A stretch of 32,523 nt of DNA, from assembly GCA_964461705.1 (NCBI GenBank), contig CAYXAN010000001.1:1-32523 (forward strand). Reading direction: 5' to 3'. The DNA comes from an uncultured Sarcina sp. Lineage in GTDB: Bacteria; Bacillota; Clostridia; Lachnospirales; Lachnospiraceae. The translations under genes and the position numbers were made by a program. The notes beneath the pieces are model-generated. The model ran no database searches. It saw only the letters and a list, made by a program, of their open reading frames with translations, and was not told the origin of the DNA. Of the stretch, positions 25,001 to 31,592 are shown piece by piece (positions within the stretch are counted from its first letter, which is position 1; every line of letters starts with the position of its first letter).

Positions 25001-26958
25001 TTCCTGATGCCGATGCCTATATGCTGAAGGGAGGTCAGACGCTTTGCCTGACACCGCCGGACTCGGAAAATGCGTCCGACGGCGCATGGACCGACGCATG
25101 GACGGACGACTGGGTGTTCCGAGGGTTCTGCCTGTACACCTATGACGCCGACAGCGGAAGCTTTACACTTGCAGGCGACATCGAACGACCCTTTGACCAG
25201 GAGAGCAACCGGCTGCTCAAGAGCATCACGCAGGAGGCCGGCACCACGGATATTTACGTTGCCATGATCTATGAGGAGAATACAAATCCTCCCATTCGGG
25301 TCCGGGTGGATTACAACGGAGGAACCCTGGCGGTCGACAACACAGACTGGCATCTGCTGGAGCCGGGGGACCGCAAGGTAGGACGAAATGTGAGCCTGGG
25401 CGAGCATCTGCCGGGAGAAAAGGAGCTGACCTATCGGTACGGAACATTAAACGGCTACAATGTGACCAGTCATGAGACGGATGCCGCCGGCACCGGCGGC
25501 TGGAAGTTCCTGACACTGGAGGAGGTGAAATCCTACAGCGGGTATCAGGACGGCGATGTGATTATGGCAAGCTATGCGCCGAAGGCCATGGTGGCCGTGA
25601 GCGCGAATGTGGACGACTGGGGGAGTGTCAGCTACACGAAGCCGGAAGACAGCGACACCTACGAGGACGAGAACGGTCTGATTGTCACCGATGCCGGCAC
25701 CAAGCTGGTGTTTACGGCAACGCCCAGGGAGGGCTATCGGTTTGTAAAATGGCAGCTCCGGGAGGGAGCGACAGGAGATTATAAGACAATTGAAAACGCC
25801 GGAGAGGAGTATACCTATCAGGCCAAAGAAGGCGTGTACTACCTGCAGGCCGTGTTTGAGGCGGTCTATACCCTGACGGTATACGGCGGAACCATTGCGG
25901 ACGAAACAAGCGGCGACGCGGCGGGAGGAAGCTCCTCGGAGGGTGACTTTGCAGAAAATCCGATCCGCCGTGAGTATGCCTGCGGAGAATCCGTGACCGT
26001 CCGGCTGGCGGAAGAAGAGGACGAAACGGAGGGCAAAGCCTTCGAAAAATGGTACGTAGACGGACCGGAGGAATTTACAAAGAACCTCACGGAGGATCAG
26101 CTGAAGGCAAAGACCCTTACCTTCACGATGCCTGTGGGAGACGTGGTTGTGATGGCTCTCTATGAAGGAACGAAGTATACCATTCAGGCATCAGCCGGTG
26201 AGAACGGTACCATCACGCCGAGCGGGAAGGTGCCGGTTTCGGAAGGGGAGGACATCACCTTCACCATGACGCCGAAGGACGGCTATCAGATCGATACCGT
26301 GACCGTGGACGGCAAGCAGGTCTCCCTGAATCAGGAAGAAACCCTGACAGACAGCACGGCTCCAGCAGGCAATGCGGCAGGGACGGATGATACGGCAGCA
26401 GACGCAGCGGCTTCGAACGGCGAAACGGCTTCGAACGGTGCGGCAGGGACGGGAACCTACACCTTCCAAGACGTGGAAGGAGACCACAGCATTCAGGTCA
26501 CCTTTAAGAAGGAAACCGCGACGCTTGTTGTCCGAAACGAGGTCACCGGCGAGCTGGGAGACCGGGCAAGATCCTTTGAGTTTACCCTTTGCTATGCGGA
26601 CGAAGCGGGAGACAGCAGAACGGAAACCTTCTCCCTCGTGCATGGCGGCAGCGCCACCTGGAAGGACATTCCGATCGGCAGCACGCTGACGGTCACGCAG
26701 ACAGCAAGCGACGGATACACGACCTCCTATGTCACAGCCTGTGACGGGACGGCCGATGCGTCCGCGGATGGCTGCGAGGTCAGTCTGGAGGTCGGGAAGG
26801 GAACGACAACCATCACCTTCACCAATGATAAAAAGGCCAACATGGACACAGGAGTCGAGCTGGGGAGCCTGCCCTATGTGCTCCTGCTGGTCATTGCTGC
26901 TGCCGGCGGCGCGGCCATGGCAGTACGGCGCCGCAGGGAACAGGAAAACCGTGAATGA
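19096..26958 (+). CDS. Giant (~2620 aa) secreted, cell-wall-anchored multidomain surface protein with InlB B-repeat-like domains
   Basis: RBS aaagga then ATG 19096; signal peptide ending near VNA; S/A- and E/D-rich linkers; several divergent InlB-B-like repeats (GTKVTVSAEAKDGFVLDHW, LVFTATPREGYRFVKW, ITFTMTPKDGYQIDTVTVDG); C-terminal NMDTG + hydrophobic helix + RRRR tail. Confidence 0.85.
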   Translation: MKRPQSLRLISVCLAVITAFSSVAGSACTVSVNAAAVRSDVSSAASASAESNASAASASTQSSTSSADSAGELSSEEVMASVEQQLSAQLGQEVELVPETDTSGVAADVQTQTQEDAAGTSDPQTTAKEDSDPQAAEAESSDSAGTGDDALITDITKGEDGTVTATDKYGTTATVNTQTGDTEVDLSGTDAQMQLEYNAADALNSPTEDAEYLGSDSESGFAMYRSQVNYEDIDWESEEAEEQELQRMIDWMETPALSGDTLSQALQAAADWNTEVLQNCYEPVYEDEPVAAMALEEEEDNTEAIDEEETDEEIDKTADDGTEENGGEETEEEADKETDGDTEASETPELIGYELKEEYAEAEPEATDLVSFCEAAAPGADEAGVSAAAASLDDGIMSISDEGTEDTDAKDTSWVSTTVYFVDESALLIHVVDEEGKGINGASVYVQTQEESPQTWETVTKSLTDGSADSDGMALLELGDAGQVYSLLITIDHPDYCGVTSAEIIEGGGELTYTLRERTQGEVYVRGITLDGTDIYNNPQDLCVQKENTSVSEISVYVEIKGNGPAQLPGAGQLELCSDGVSVNGLADLITCADVTSDDGTGYRVYTFRGQWNGYSGSSPRLKVGKTVSVRWAEGTKTTWAESTAEDKKTVNTQLNITAPLMEDKSGTTIFRWISTKDTSRLGIILPDGSPLAGTVIEGPLALMSLPVDVLYDTAAGTVTIAGHFGWNSDDTAANLWSSLKQAKNSNCSLGQYLKSRFAMSTYGDYIKKTIGDFGENYYDMKKVNTAIGQIAYGGKGSWSVDIGLYLVLKLNTKEGGVYGVDGFVRFTGAAGYTFTSYYLIPGLLIPAYFGFNLKGEFMVSARIYGKTNGVALSVFDIATEEDGIEDYDTLSIMISVVLSAYLGVGFRGLFSGELSGAVGIYDRLDLLSNFRNRVYWGYSLRLSFKSFLFNFSWPFSGKMEKLSDTRLDLLDDPSDQKPTLPGGYVPLPVSLDDEDLALSEKLEVADDEESAAEGMYTSCVDPDASEDITIDSDGTQTEKRSYAQSTNATVDANSTEHVVLEGVASSDTMEYIPGMFIRIANVKDEQYFSGETVPRVTITKTSTEGLGETIALPATQDGYGGKYYGYDYNFSVYEGDKYYFFIISSSCVAPEGQTVSELAGANRLRVVLLDKTDLSVHSQRVLYKYSAGEQGQNYFYVGTPSIASDYLGEEAYKAGVAPRKVKEQYQQYQQAHDYGEDFAQSLLNDFGAQYLNQTGYYVACGIATNLSAFTTGTGEEETDLGYGLYLARGGDYVDAWSSCADGKIIMDGIEREKLLFVTMHQYNPVLLSTEAQNDQVLEAISLCSVSDPYTLTASERQNFDMGGSLHNLQEVTYEQTYDGNVMERDLYATVNGELCRIEISNSEENVISMEKTMLGVTSDTGETFSMDAEGLKLLRQDQYLFALRGMNVSDVGDDGELTYGTKLELFVIENAVWTNGTKTDDNEPVIYGPFTYTINNRQAYNAVAAFEEGGIFLLRTLYLADEEQKLVSVAQNTSEDPDKNVPAAVSTISNLYMWEMVGGGLAVELNSIEPSSTRIRKKDKTFSLDLNMTNINTYTANSVELCITDDKEDESHYKYYTITIKDGLKPFQTKTVSANIDIDESWTGETTLYAKLTKVNGTDMMEGFTPKWVEQDALLGNGDFSLSVEEKGDSTAPYANVTIRNYSTRSFKDVALRMEVNRSADVSDDTWEEYLQYDFDEMVNDGATAANANSSVMTVRIPLKELWKADNADGFVYAVRFTLVGQNDITLNNIYTISGVLYNRESPVRYVTVAAETADKTMGTVQVADTEATGSADEDTAGVYVKEGTKVTVSAEAKDGFVLDHWEIRDVLDPAVWYRMSDTSGTLEMSAGEELAGTDYTIPEGSDYVLRAYFRAADDRTRVNVVALEKVTETDAEGTSTVTYQYNTSLPQTGITLADGTSVDTIAADSPVPDADAYMLKGGQTLCLTPPDSENASDGAWTDAWTDDWVFRGFCLYTYDADSGSFTLAGDIERPFDQESNRLLKSITQEAGTTDIYVAMIYEENTNPPIRVRVDYNGGTLAVDNTDWHLLEPGDRKVGRNVSLGEHLPGEKELTYRYGTLNGYNVTSHETDAAGTGGWKFLTLEEVKSYSGYQDGDVIMASYAPKAMVAVSANVDDWGSVSYTKPEDSDTYEDENGLIVTDAGTKLVFTATPREGYRFVKWQLREGATGDYKTIENAGEEYTYQAKEGVYYLQAVFEAVYTLTVYGGTIADETSGDAAGGSSSEGDFAENPIRREYACGESVTVRLAEEEDETEGKAFEKWYVDGPEEFTKNLTEDQLKAKTLTFTMPVGDVVVMALYEGTKYTIQASAGENGTITPSGKVPVSEGEDITFTMTPKDGYQIDTVTVDGKQVSLNQEETLTDSTAPAGNAAGTDDTAADAAASNGETASNGAAGTGTYTFQDVEGDHSIQVTFKKETATLVVRNEVTGELGDRARSFEFTLCYADEAGDSRTETFSLVHGGSATWKDIPIGSTLTVTQTASDGYTTSYVTACDGTADASADGCEVSLEVGKGTTTITFTNDKKANMDTGVELGSLPYVLLLVIAAAGGAAMAVRRRREQENRE

Positions 26959-26968
26959 CCGTGAATGA
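26949..26968 (+). repeat. 10-bp tandem duplication across the stop codon
   Basis: ccgtgaatga ccgtgaatga. Confidence 0.8.
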
Positions 26969-27026
26969 CTGCAGAGGATAGCCTGCGAACAGGAAAAGCG
27001 AATAACAAAAGCTCAGGTAATTGAAG

Positions 27027-27067
27027 AAAAAGGAGTGCCCTCCAAAGTCTGAGGGGCACTCTTTTTT
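27027..27067. terminator. Intrinsic terminator after the surface protein gene
   Basis: aaaaag-gagtgccc...gggcactc-tttttt stem-loop with flanking A and T tracts. Confidence 0.88.
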
Positions 27068-27091
27068 GCTGTCCGGCTTACGATGTAAGTG

Positions 27092-27120
27092 TTGACAAAC
27101 TGTTTCGAAGGCTGTACACT
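27092..27120 (+). promoter_or_regulatory. Sigma-A promoter of the feo operon
   Basis: Consensus TTGACA (27092-27097), 17-bp spacer, TACACT (27115-27120). Confidence 0.8.
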
Positions 27121-27130
27121 ACGCTGTGCG

Positions 27131-27148
27131 TTAGTTTTGATAAACTAA
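27131..27148. promoter_or_regulatory. Palindromic operator, DtxR/MntR-family-like metal repressor site
   Basis: TTAGTTT-tgat-AAACTAA just downstream of the predicted start site; resembles TTAG-N-CTAA DtxR/IdeR-type boxes. Confidence 0.65.
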
Positions 27149-27227
27149 TCAGGATTAAAACATGGTAATTTTTGATTTCAAAAGCTCACACAGATAAGCA
27201 CAAGATAAGAATGGGGGCCAAAAGACG

Positions 27228-27446
27228 ATGATGCCGTTGGCGTTTGCGAAAACAGGAGAAAAGGTTTTGGTTGCGAGGATCGGCGGAAATGAGCAGGCAA
27301 AGAAGCATCTGGAGGATCTTGGCTTTGTGGTCGGAGCGCAGGTGGAGATCATCTCCGCAGCAGGCGACGGCAACATTATTGTCAATCTGAAGGAATCCCG
27401 GCTGGCCATTACAGCCGAAATGGCTTCCAAGATCATGACCAACTAA
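27228..27446 (+). CDS. feoA: Ferrous iron transport protein A (copy 1)
   Basis: 72 aa, MPL...KKHLEDLGFVVGAQV...ESRLAI...MASKIM. Confidence 0.9.
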   Translation: MMPLAFAKTGEKVLVARIGGNEQAKKHLEDLGFVVGAQVEIISAAGDGNIIVNLKESRLAITAEMASKIMTN

Positions 27447-27473
27447 GGAAACGCTTTCATCAGCGTTTCCTTA
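27444..27473. repeat. Intergenic hairpin repeat, copy 2
   Basis: taaggaaacgct-ttcatc-agcgtttcctta; core identical to 2073-2096; overlaps the feoA stop codon. Confidence 0.85.
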
Positions 27474-27589
27474 AAGCAAAAGCGCTGCGGACGACAGTGC
27501 TTTCCCGATCAACAGACTGCGGATGCACGGCGAGGCGCCGCGCATCCGTTGAATGCGGGAAACCGCGCAGGATATGAGGAGGACTTAGC

Positions 27590-27811
27590 ATGAAGACATT
27601 AAGAGACATCCCTGTCGGTCAGACAGCGGTCGTCGCCAGGATCCACGGCGAGGGCGGACTGAAGAGGCGGATCATGGACATGGGAATTACCAAGGGCACG
27701 GAGATTTATGTGCGTAAGGTAGCTCCCCTTGGCGACCCCGTGGAGGTAACGGTTCGCGGCTACGAGCTGTCCCTTCGCAAGGAGGACGCAGACATCCTTG
27801 AGATGCAGTAG
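27590..27811 (+). CDS. feoA: Ferrous iron transport protein A (copy 2)
   Basis: KRRIMDMGITKG...VAPLGDPVEVTVRGYELSLRKEDA; strong RBS gaggagga. Confidence 0.95.
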   Translation: MKTLRDIPVGQTAVVARIHGEGGLKRRIMDMGITKGTEIYVRKVAPLGDPVEVTVRGYELSLRKEDADILEMQ

Positions 27812-27921
27812 GCACAGAGAAATGACGGTCTGAAGTCGGTGCGCCGATCGCAAAGGCAGCGGTGTTAAACCGCCTGCCGGGAATCGATGTACTGCAGTAT
27901 GAAGAAGAGAGGATGAAGGAG

Positions 27922-30063
27922 ATGGAATACAAGATCGCATTGGCCGGTAATCCGAACTGCGGCAAAACAACCCTGTTCAACAGCTTAACCGGCAGCAACC
28001 AGTATGTCGGCAACTGGCCCGGCGTTACGGTGGAGAAAAAGGAAGGACGCTTGAAGGGCAATAAGGAGGTCATCATTCAGGACCTTCCCGGAATTTACTC
28101 CCTCAGCCCGTACACGCTGGAGGAGGTCGTAACCCGTAACTACATCGTCAACGAGAAGCCGGATGCTGTTTTGAACATCGTTGACGGCACCAACATCGAG
28201 CGAAACCTGTACCTGACCACGCAGCTGATTGAGATCGGCATCCCGGTTGTGGTTGCCATCAACATGATGGATCTGGTCCGCAAGAACGGTGACAACATCG
28301 ACATCAAGGCTCTGAGCAAGGAGCTGGGCTGCAAGGTGATTGAGATCTCCGCCCTCAAGAATGAGCACATCATGGATGCGGCCAATCTGTGCATTGAGGC
28401 GGCGAAGGAAGGAAAGAAGAAGGAGCTTCCGCACGTATTCACCGGCAGCGTGGAGCATGCACTGGCGCATATCGAGGAGTCCATTCAGGATCTTGTAGAC
28501 AAGAGGGAGCTGCGCTGGTTTGCCATCAAGATTTTCGAGCGCGATACCAAGGCGATTGAGAATCTGAAGCTGGATGCTTCCTTGAAGAGCCATATAGAGG
28601 AGCACATCAAGGACTGCGAGAAGGAGCTGGATGACGATTCCGAGTCCATCATCACCAACCAGAGATACACCTACATCACAGAGCTGGTTTCCCGGACCGT
28701 GAAGAAGGGCAAGCAGCCCGGCACGCTCAGCACCTCGGATAAGATTGACCGCATCGTGACCAACCGCTTCCTGGCTCTGCCGATTTTTGCGGCGGTGATG
28801 TTCCTGGTTTACTATGTATCCGTCAGCACGCTGGGCGGCATTGTGACCGACTGGACCAATGATGTGCTGTTCGGTGAGTGGATCGGCGGCGGAGCAGAGA
28901 CCCTGCTCACCAACATGGGCGCTTCGGACTGGGTGATTTCGCTGGTTGTGGACGGCATCATCGGCGGCATCGGTGCTCCGATCGGCTTTGTCCCGCAGAT
29001 GGCGATTGTGTTCCTGTTCCTGAGCTTTCTTGAGGATGTCGGCTACATGGCACGTGTTGCCTTCATCATGGACCGTATCTTCCGCAAGTTCGGACTGTCC
29101 GGAAAGAGCTTCATTCCGTTCCTGATTTCCTCAGGCTGCGGTGTTCCCGGCATCATGTCCACACGTACCATTGAGTCCGAGCAGGACCGCCGCATGACCA
29201 TGATCACAACCACCATGATCCCCTGCGGTGCGAAGCTTCCTGTCATCGCACTGATTGCAGGCTATCTGATGGGCGGCTCCTGGTGGATGGCTCCGGTTAT
29301 GTATTTTGCCGGCATCGCACTGGTGATCATCTACTGCATTATCCTGAAGAAGACCAAATTCTTCGCCGGTGATCCGGTTCCCTTCGTTATGGAGCTTCCG
29401 GCCTATCACCTTCCTTCCCTGAAGGGCATCCTGCTTCATGTCTGGGAGCGTGTATGGGCCTTCATCAAGAAGGCAGGTACCATTCTGTTCCTGTGCTGCG
29501 CCGTGATGTGGTTCCTGGGCAGCTTCGGTGTTGTGGACGGTGTCTTCGGTCTGGTGGAGGACACGGCAGATTCTCTGCTGGCGGCTGTCGGCGGCGTTCT
29601 GGCTCCGATCTTTGCTCCTTTGGGCTTCGGCACATGGCAGGCAGTGGCTTCCTCCCTGTCCGGCTTCGTTGCAAAGGAAGGTATCGTTTCCACGATGTCC
29701 CTTCTGTCTGCACTGGGTGAAGAGATCGAGGAGTACGAGGTTTCCATGCACGATGCCTTCCAGGCCTTTTTCCCGACCAGCATCGCAGCGGTTTCCTTCC
29801 TGGTATTCAACTGCTTTGACTCACCGTGCCTTGCAGCCATTTCCACGATGGCAAAGGAAATCGGCAGCCGGAAGTTCTTCTGGTATTCTCTGCTGTTCCA
29901 GAACGTTGCCGCATACTGCGTGACCCTGATTATCTATCAGCTGATCGGTGTGCTGATCGGCGAGGTGGCCTTCGGCGCCGCAACCATCGTTGCAGCGGTT
30001 CTGCTGGTGGGCGTCATCTACCTGCTGGTGCGCAAGGATCCCAATAAGAAAGCAAAGGCCTGA
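27922..30063 (+). CDS. feoB: Ferrous iron transport protein B
   Basis: G1 GNPNCGKT, G2 NWPGVTVE, G3 DLPGIYSL, G4 NMMD, followed by Gate/TM domains; start 27922 chosen from RBS spacing (27913 is an alternative). Confidence 0.96.
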   Translation: MEYKIALAGNPNCGKTTLFNSLTGSNQYVGNWPGVTVEKKEGRLKGNKEVIIQDLPGIYSLSPYTLEEVVTRNYIVNEKPDAVLNIVDGTNIERNLYLTTQLIEIGIPVVVAINMMDLVRKNGDNIDIKALSKELGCKVIEISALKNEHIMDAANLCIEAAKEGKKKELPHVFTGSVEHALAHIEESIQDLVDKRELRWFAIKIFERDTKAIENLKLDASLKSHIEEHIKDCEKELDDDSESIITNQRYTYITELVSRTVKKGKQPGTLSTSDKIDRIVTNRFLALPIFAAVMFLVYYVSVSTLGGIVTDWTNDVLFGEWIGGGAETLLTNMGASDWVISLVVDGIIGGIGAPIGFVPQMAIVFLFLSFLEDVGYMARVAFIMDRIFRKFGLSGKSFIPFLISSGCGVPGIMSTRTIESEQDRRMTMITTTMIPCGAKLPVIALIAGYLMGGSWWMAPVMYFAGIALVIIYCIILKKTKFFAGDPVPFVMELPAYHLPSLKGILLHVWERVWAFIKKAGTILFLCCAVMWFLGSFGVVDGVFGLVEDTADSLLAAVGGVLAPIFAPLGFGTWQAVASSLSGFVAKEGIVSTMSLLSALGEEIEEYEVSMHDAFQAFFPTSIAAVSFLVFNCFDSPCLAAISTMAKEIGSRKFFWYSLLFQNVAAYCVTLIIYQLIGVLIGEVAFGAATIVAAVLLVGVIYLLVRKDPNKKAKA

Positions 30064-30117
30064 GCCTGATGGAAACGACGGAATCCGCGTTTCCGTGAAG
30101 GATGATGTGACAGCAAG

Positions 30118-30158
30118 GATATACCTGCAGACGAGATGTCTGCAGGTATATCTGTTTT
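30118..30158 (+). terminator. Perfect 15-bp hairpin after feoB (partial terminator or mRNA-stability element)
   Basis: gatatacctgcagac-gagat-gtctgcaggtatatc followed by tgtttt. Confidence 0.55.
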
Positions 30159-30192
30159 CAGATACATTGGATTGCAGGAGGTGCGAGCAGAA

Positions 30193-30354
30193 ATGAGAAT
30201 TGATGTTCCGATCAATTCAGCAGATGTCGTGGTTCTTGTTGTCCTCGCTGTCTTGTTTGTTGCCGGAATCCGAATTGTCATCGGGTTTTTCAGGACCCCG
30301 AAGCATAAGGATACCGTGGATCGGGCAGATGAGGAGAATCGGAAGGAGGATTAG
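30193..30354 (+). CDS. Small single-pass membrane protein (53 aa), unknown function
   Basis: RBS aggaggtg (30176-30183); MRIDVPINSADVVVLVVLAVLFVAGIRIVIGFF + charged tail; stop 2 nt before the next start. Confidence 0.7.
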   Translation: MRIDVPINSADVVVLVVLAVLFVAGIRIVIGFFRTPKHKDTVDRADEENRKED

Positions 30355-30356
30355 CG

Positions 30357-30545
30357 ATGGTAGATTTTGTTGTCACAGCGATCGTTCTGCTTCTGTGTGC
30401 TGCGTGTGTATGGAAGCTGATTTCCAACAGACGGAAGGGCATTTCCAACTGCAGCGGCTGCACCGGCTGCGGCGGATCCTGCGGCTGCGGTGATCACGGA
30501 TGCAGTACGGAAAATGTGCCGGAACGGTTCAAAGCAAAAAAATGA
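30357..30545 (+). CDS. FeoB-associated Cys-rich membrane protein
   Basis: N-terminal TM helix, basic patch RRKG, CSGCTGCGGSCGC; downstream of feoB; RBS aggagg. Confidence 0.85.
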   Translation: MVDFVVTAIVLLLCAACVWKLISNRRKGISNCSGCTGCGGSCGCGDHGCSTENVPERFKAKK

Positions 30546-30577
30546 CACAGCCGTTCATTAAGAAGGAGATTTTAGAA

Positions 30578-30850
30578 ATGATACAGGTTACGGTCGGCAT
30601 TGACGGTATGATGTGCGGGATGTGCGAATCGCACGTCGCGGATGCCATTCGCAAGCAGCTCCCGGATGCCAAAAGGGTGTCAGCCTCCGCAGGAAAAGGA
30701 GAGGCCGTCTTTTTTCTGGAAAATGCGCTCCCGCTTCCTATGCTGAAGCACGAGCTTCACAGCGCGATGGACCCCCTGGGATATCAGATTCTGTCGGTGA
30801 CCACAGGTGAGCCGGCAAAGAAAAAAGGACTGTTCCGTTTCGGCAGGTGA
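30578..30850 (+). CDS. Heavy-metal-associated (HMA, CopZ-like) domain protein
   Basis: IDGMMCGMCESHV (GMxCxxC); start at ATG 30578 after RBS aaggag. Confidence 0.87.
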   Translation: MIQVTVGIDGMMCGMCESHVADAIRKQLPDAKRVSASAGKGEAVFFLENALPLPMLKHELHSAMDPLGYQILSVTTGEPAKKKGLFRFGR

Positions 30851-30883
30851 GAGCAAAGGAAATGCTGCTTCCTTGGGAAACAA

Positions 30884-30892
30884 TGGTATAAT
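30884..30892 (+). promoter_or_regulatory. Extended -10 promoter for proX-proA
   Basis: TG-g-TATAAT at 30884-30892; no convincing -35. Confidence 0.6.
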
Positions 30893-30955
30893 GGGTGGAC
30901 GGTGTCCGGCGAGAGGGCCGGATGCCGTCCATTTATCGGTTAAAGGAGATCCACG

Positions 30956-31516
30956 ATGCAGCAACTGACATTGTATAACGGGCGTCCGGAGCCGGAAAAG
31001 CTTGCCGGCAGGGAGGAAAAGGAGATCCGTGTCTATGATCTTCTGGATTCCCTCGGCATTGCATATCAAAGGACAGATCACGGACATGCGGATACCATGG
31101 AGGCTTGCCGCGACATCGATGCCGTTCTGGATTGTCTTGTGTGCAAGAATCTGTTTCTGTGCAATCGCCAGCAGACGAAGTTCTACCTGCTGATGATGCC
31201 GGGAGACAAGCCCTTTAAAACCAAGGAGCTGTCATCCCAAATCCAGTCGGCCCGCCTTTCCTTTGCTTCACCGGAGAAGATGGAGGAATATCTGGACATC
31301 CATCCGGGATCCGTCAGCGTCATGGGACTGATGAACGATCATGACAATCAGGTGCAGCTGCTGGTGGATGAGGACGTCCGGAAGGGGGAATTCCTTGGCT
31401 GTCACCCCTGCGTCAATACCTCCAGTCTGAAGATGAGAGCGGAGGACGTGTTTGGGAAATTTCTGCCGGCTGTTCATCATGAGCCGATCTATGTCAGGCT
31501 GACGGGAGAGGGATGA
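30956..31516 (+). CDS. YbaK/ProX-family aminoacyl-tRNA editing protein (ProXp-ala-like)
   Basis: CKNLFL, RLSFAS, PGSVSVMGLMND, GCHPCVNTSS motifs; RBS aaggag. Confidence 0.88.
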   Translation: MQQLTLYNGRPEPEKLAGREEKEIRVYDLLDSLGIAYQRTDHGHADTMEACRDIDAVLDCLVCKNLFLCNRQQTKFYLLMMPGDKPFKTKELSSQIQSARLSFASPEKMEEYLDIHPGSVSVMGLMNDHDNQVQLLVDEDVRKGEFLGCHPCVNTSSLKMRAEDVFGKFLPAVHHEPIYVRLTGEG

Positions 31517-31592
31517 CAGAGGCAGACGGACAGGTCAGATCACGGATTGCCCGGGCAGCGGCAGACCGCAGAACGGGTACGGGAGGAATCGG

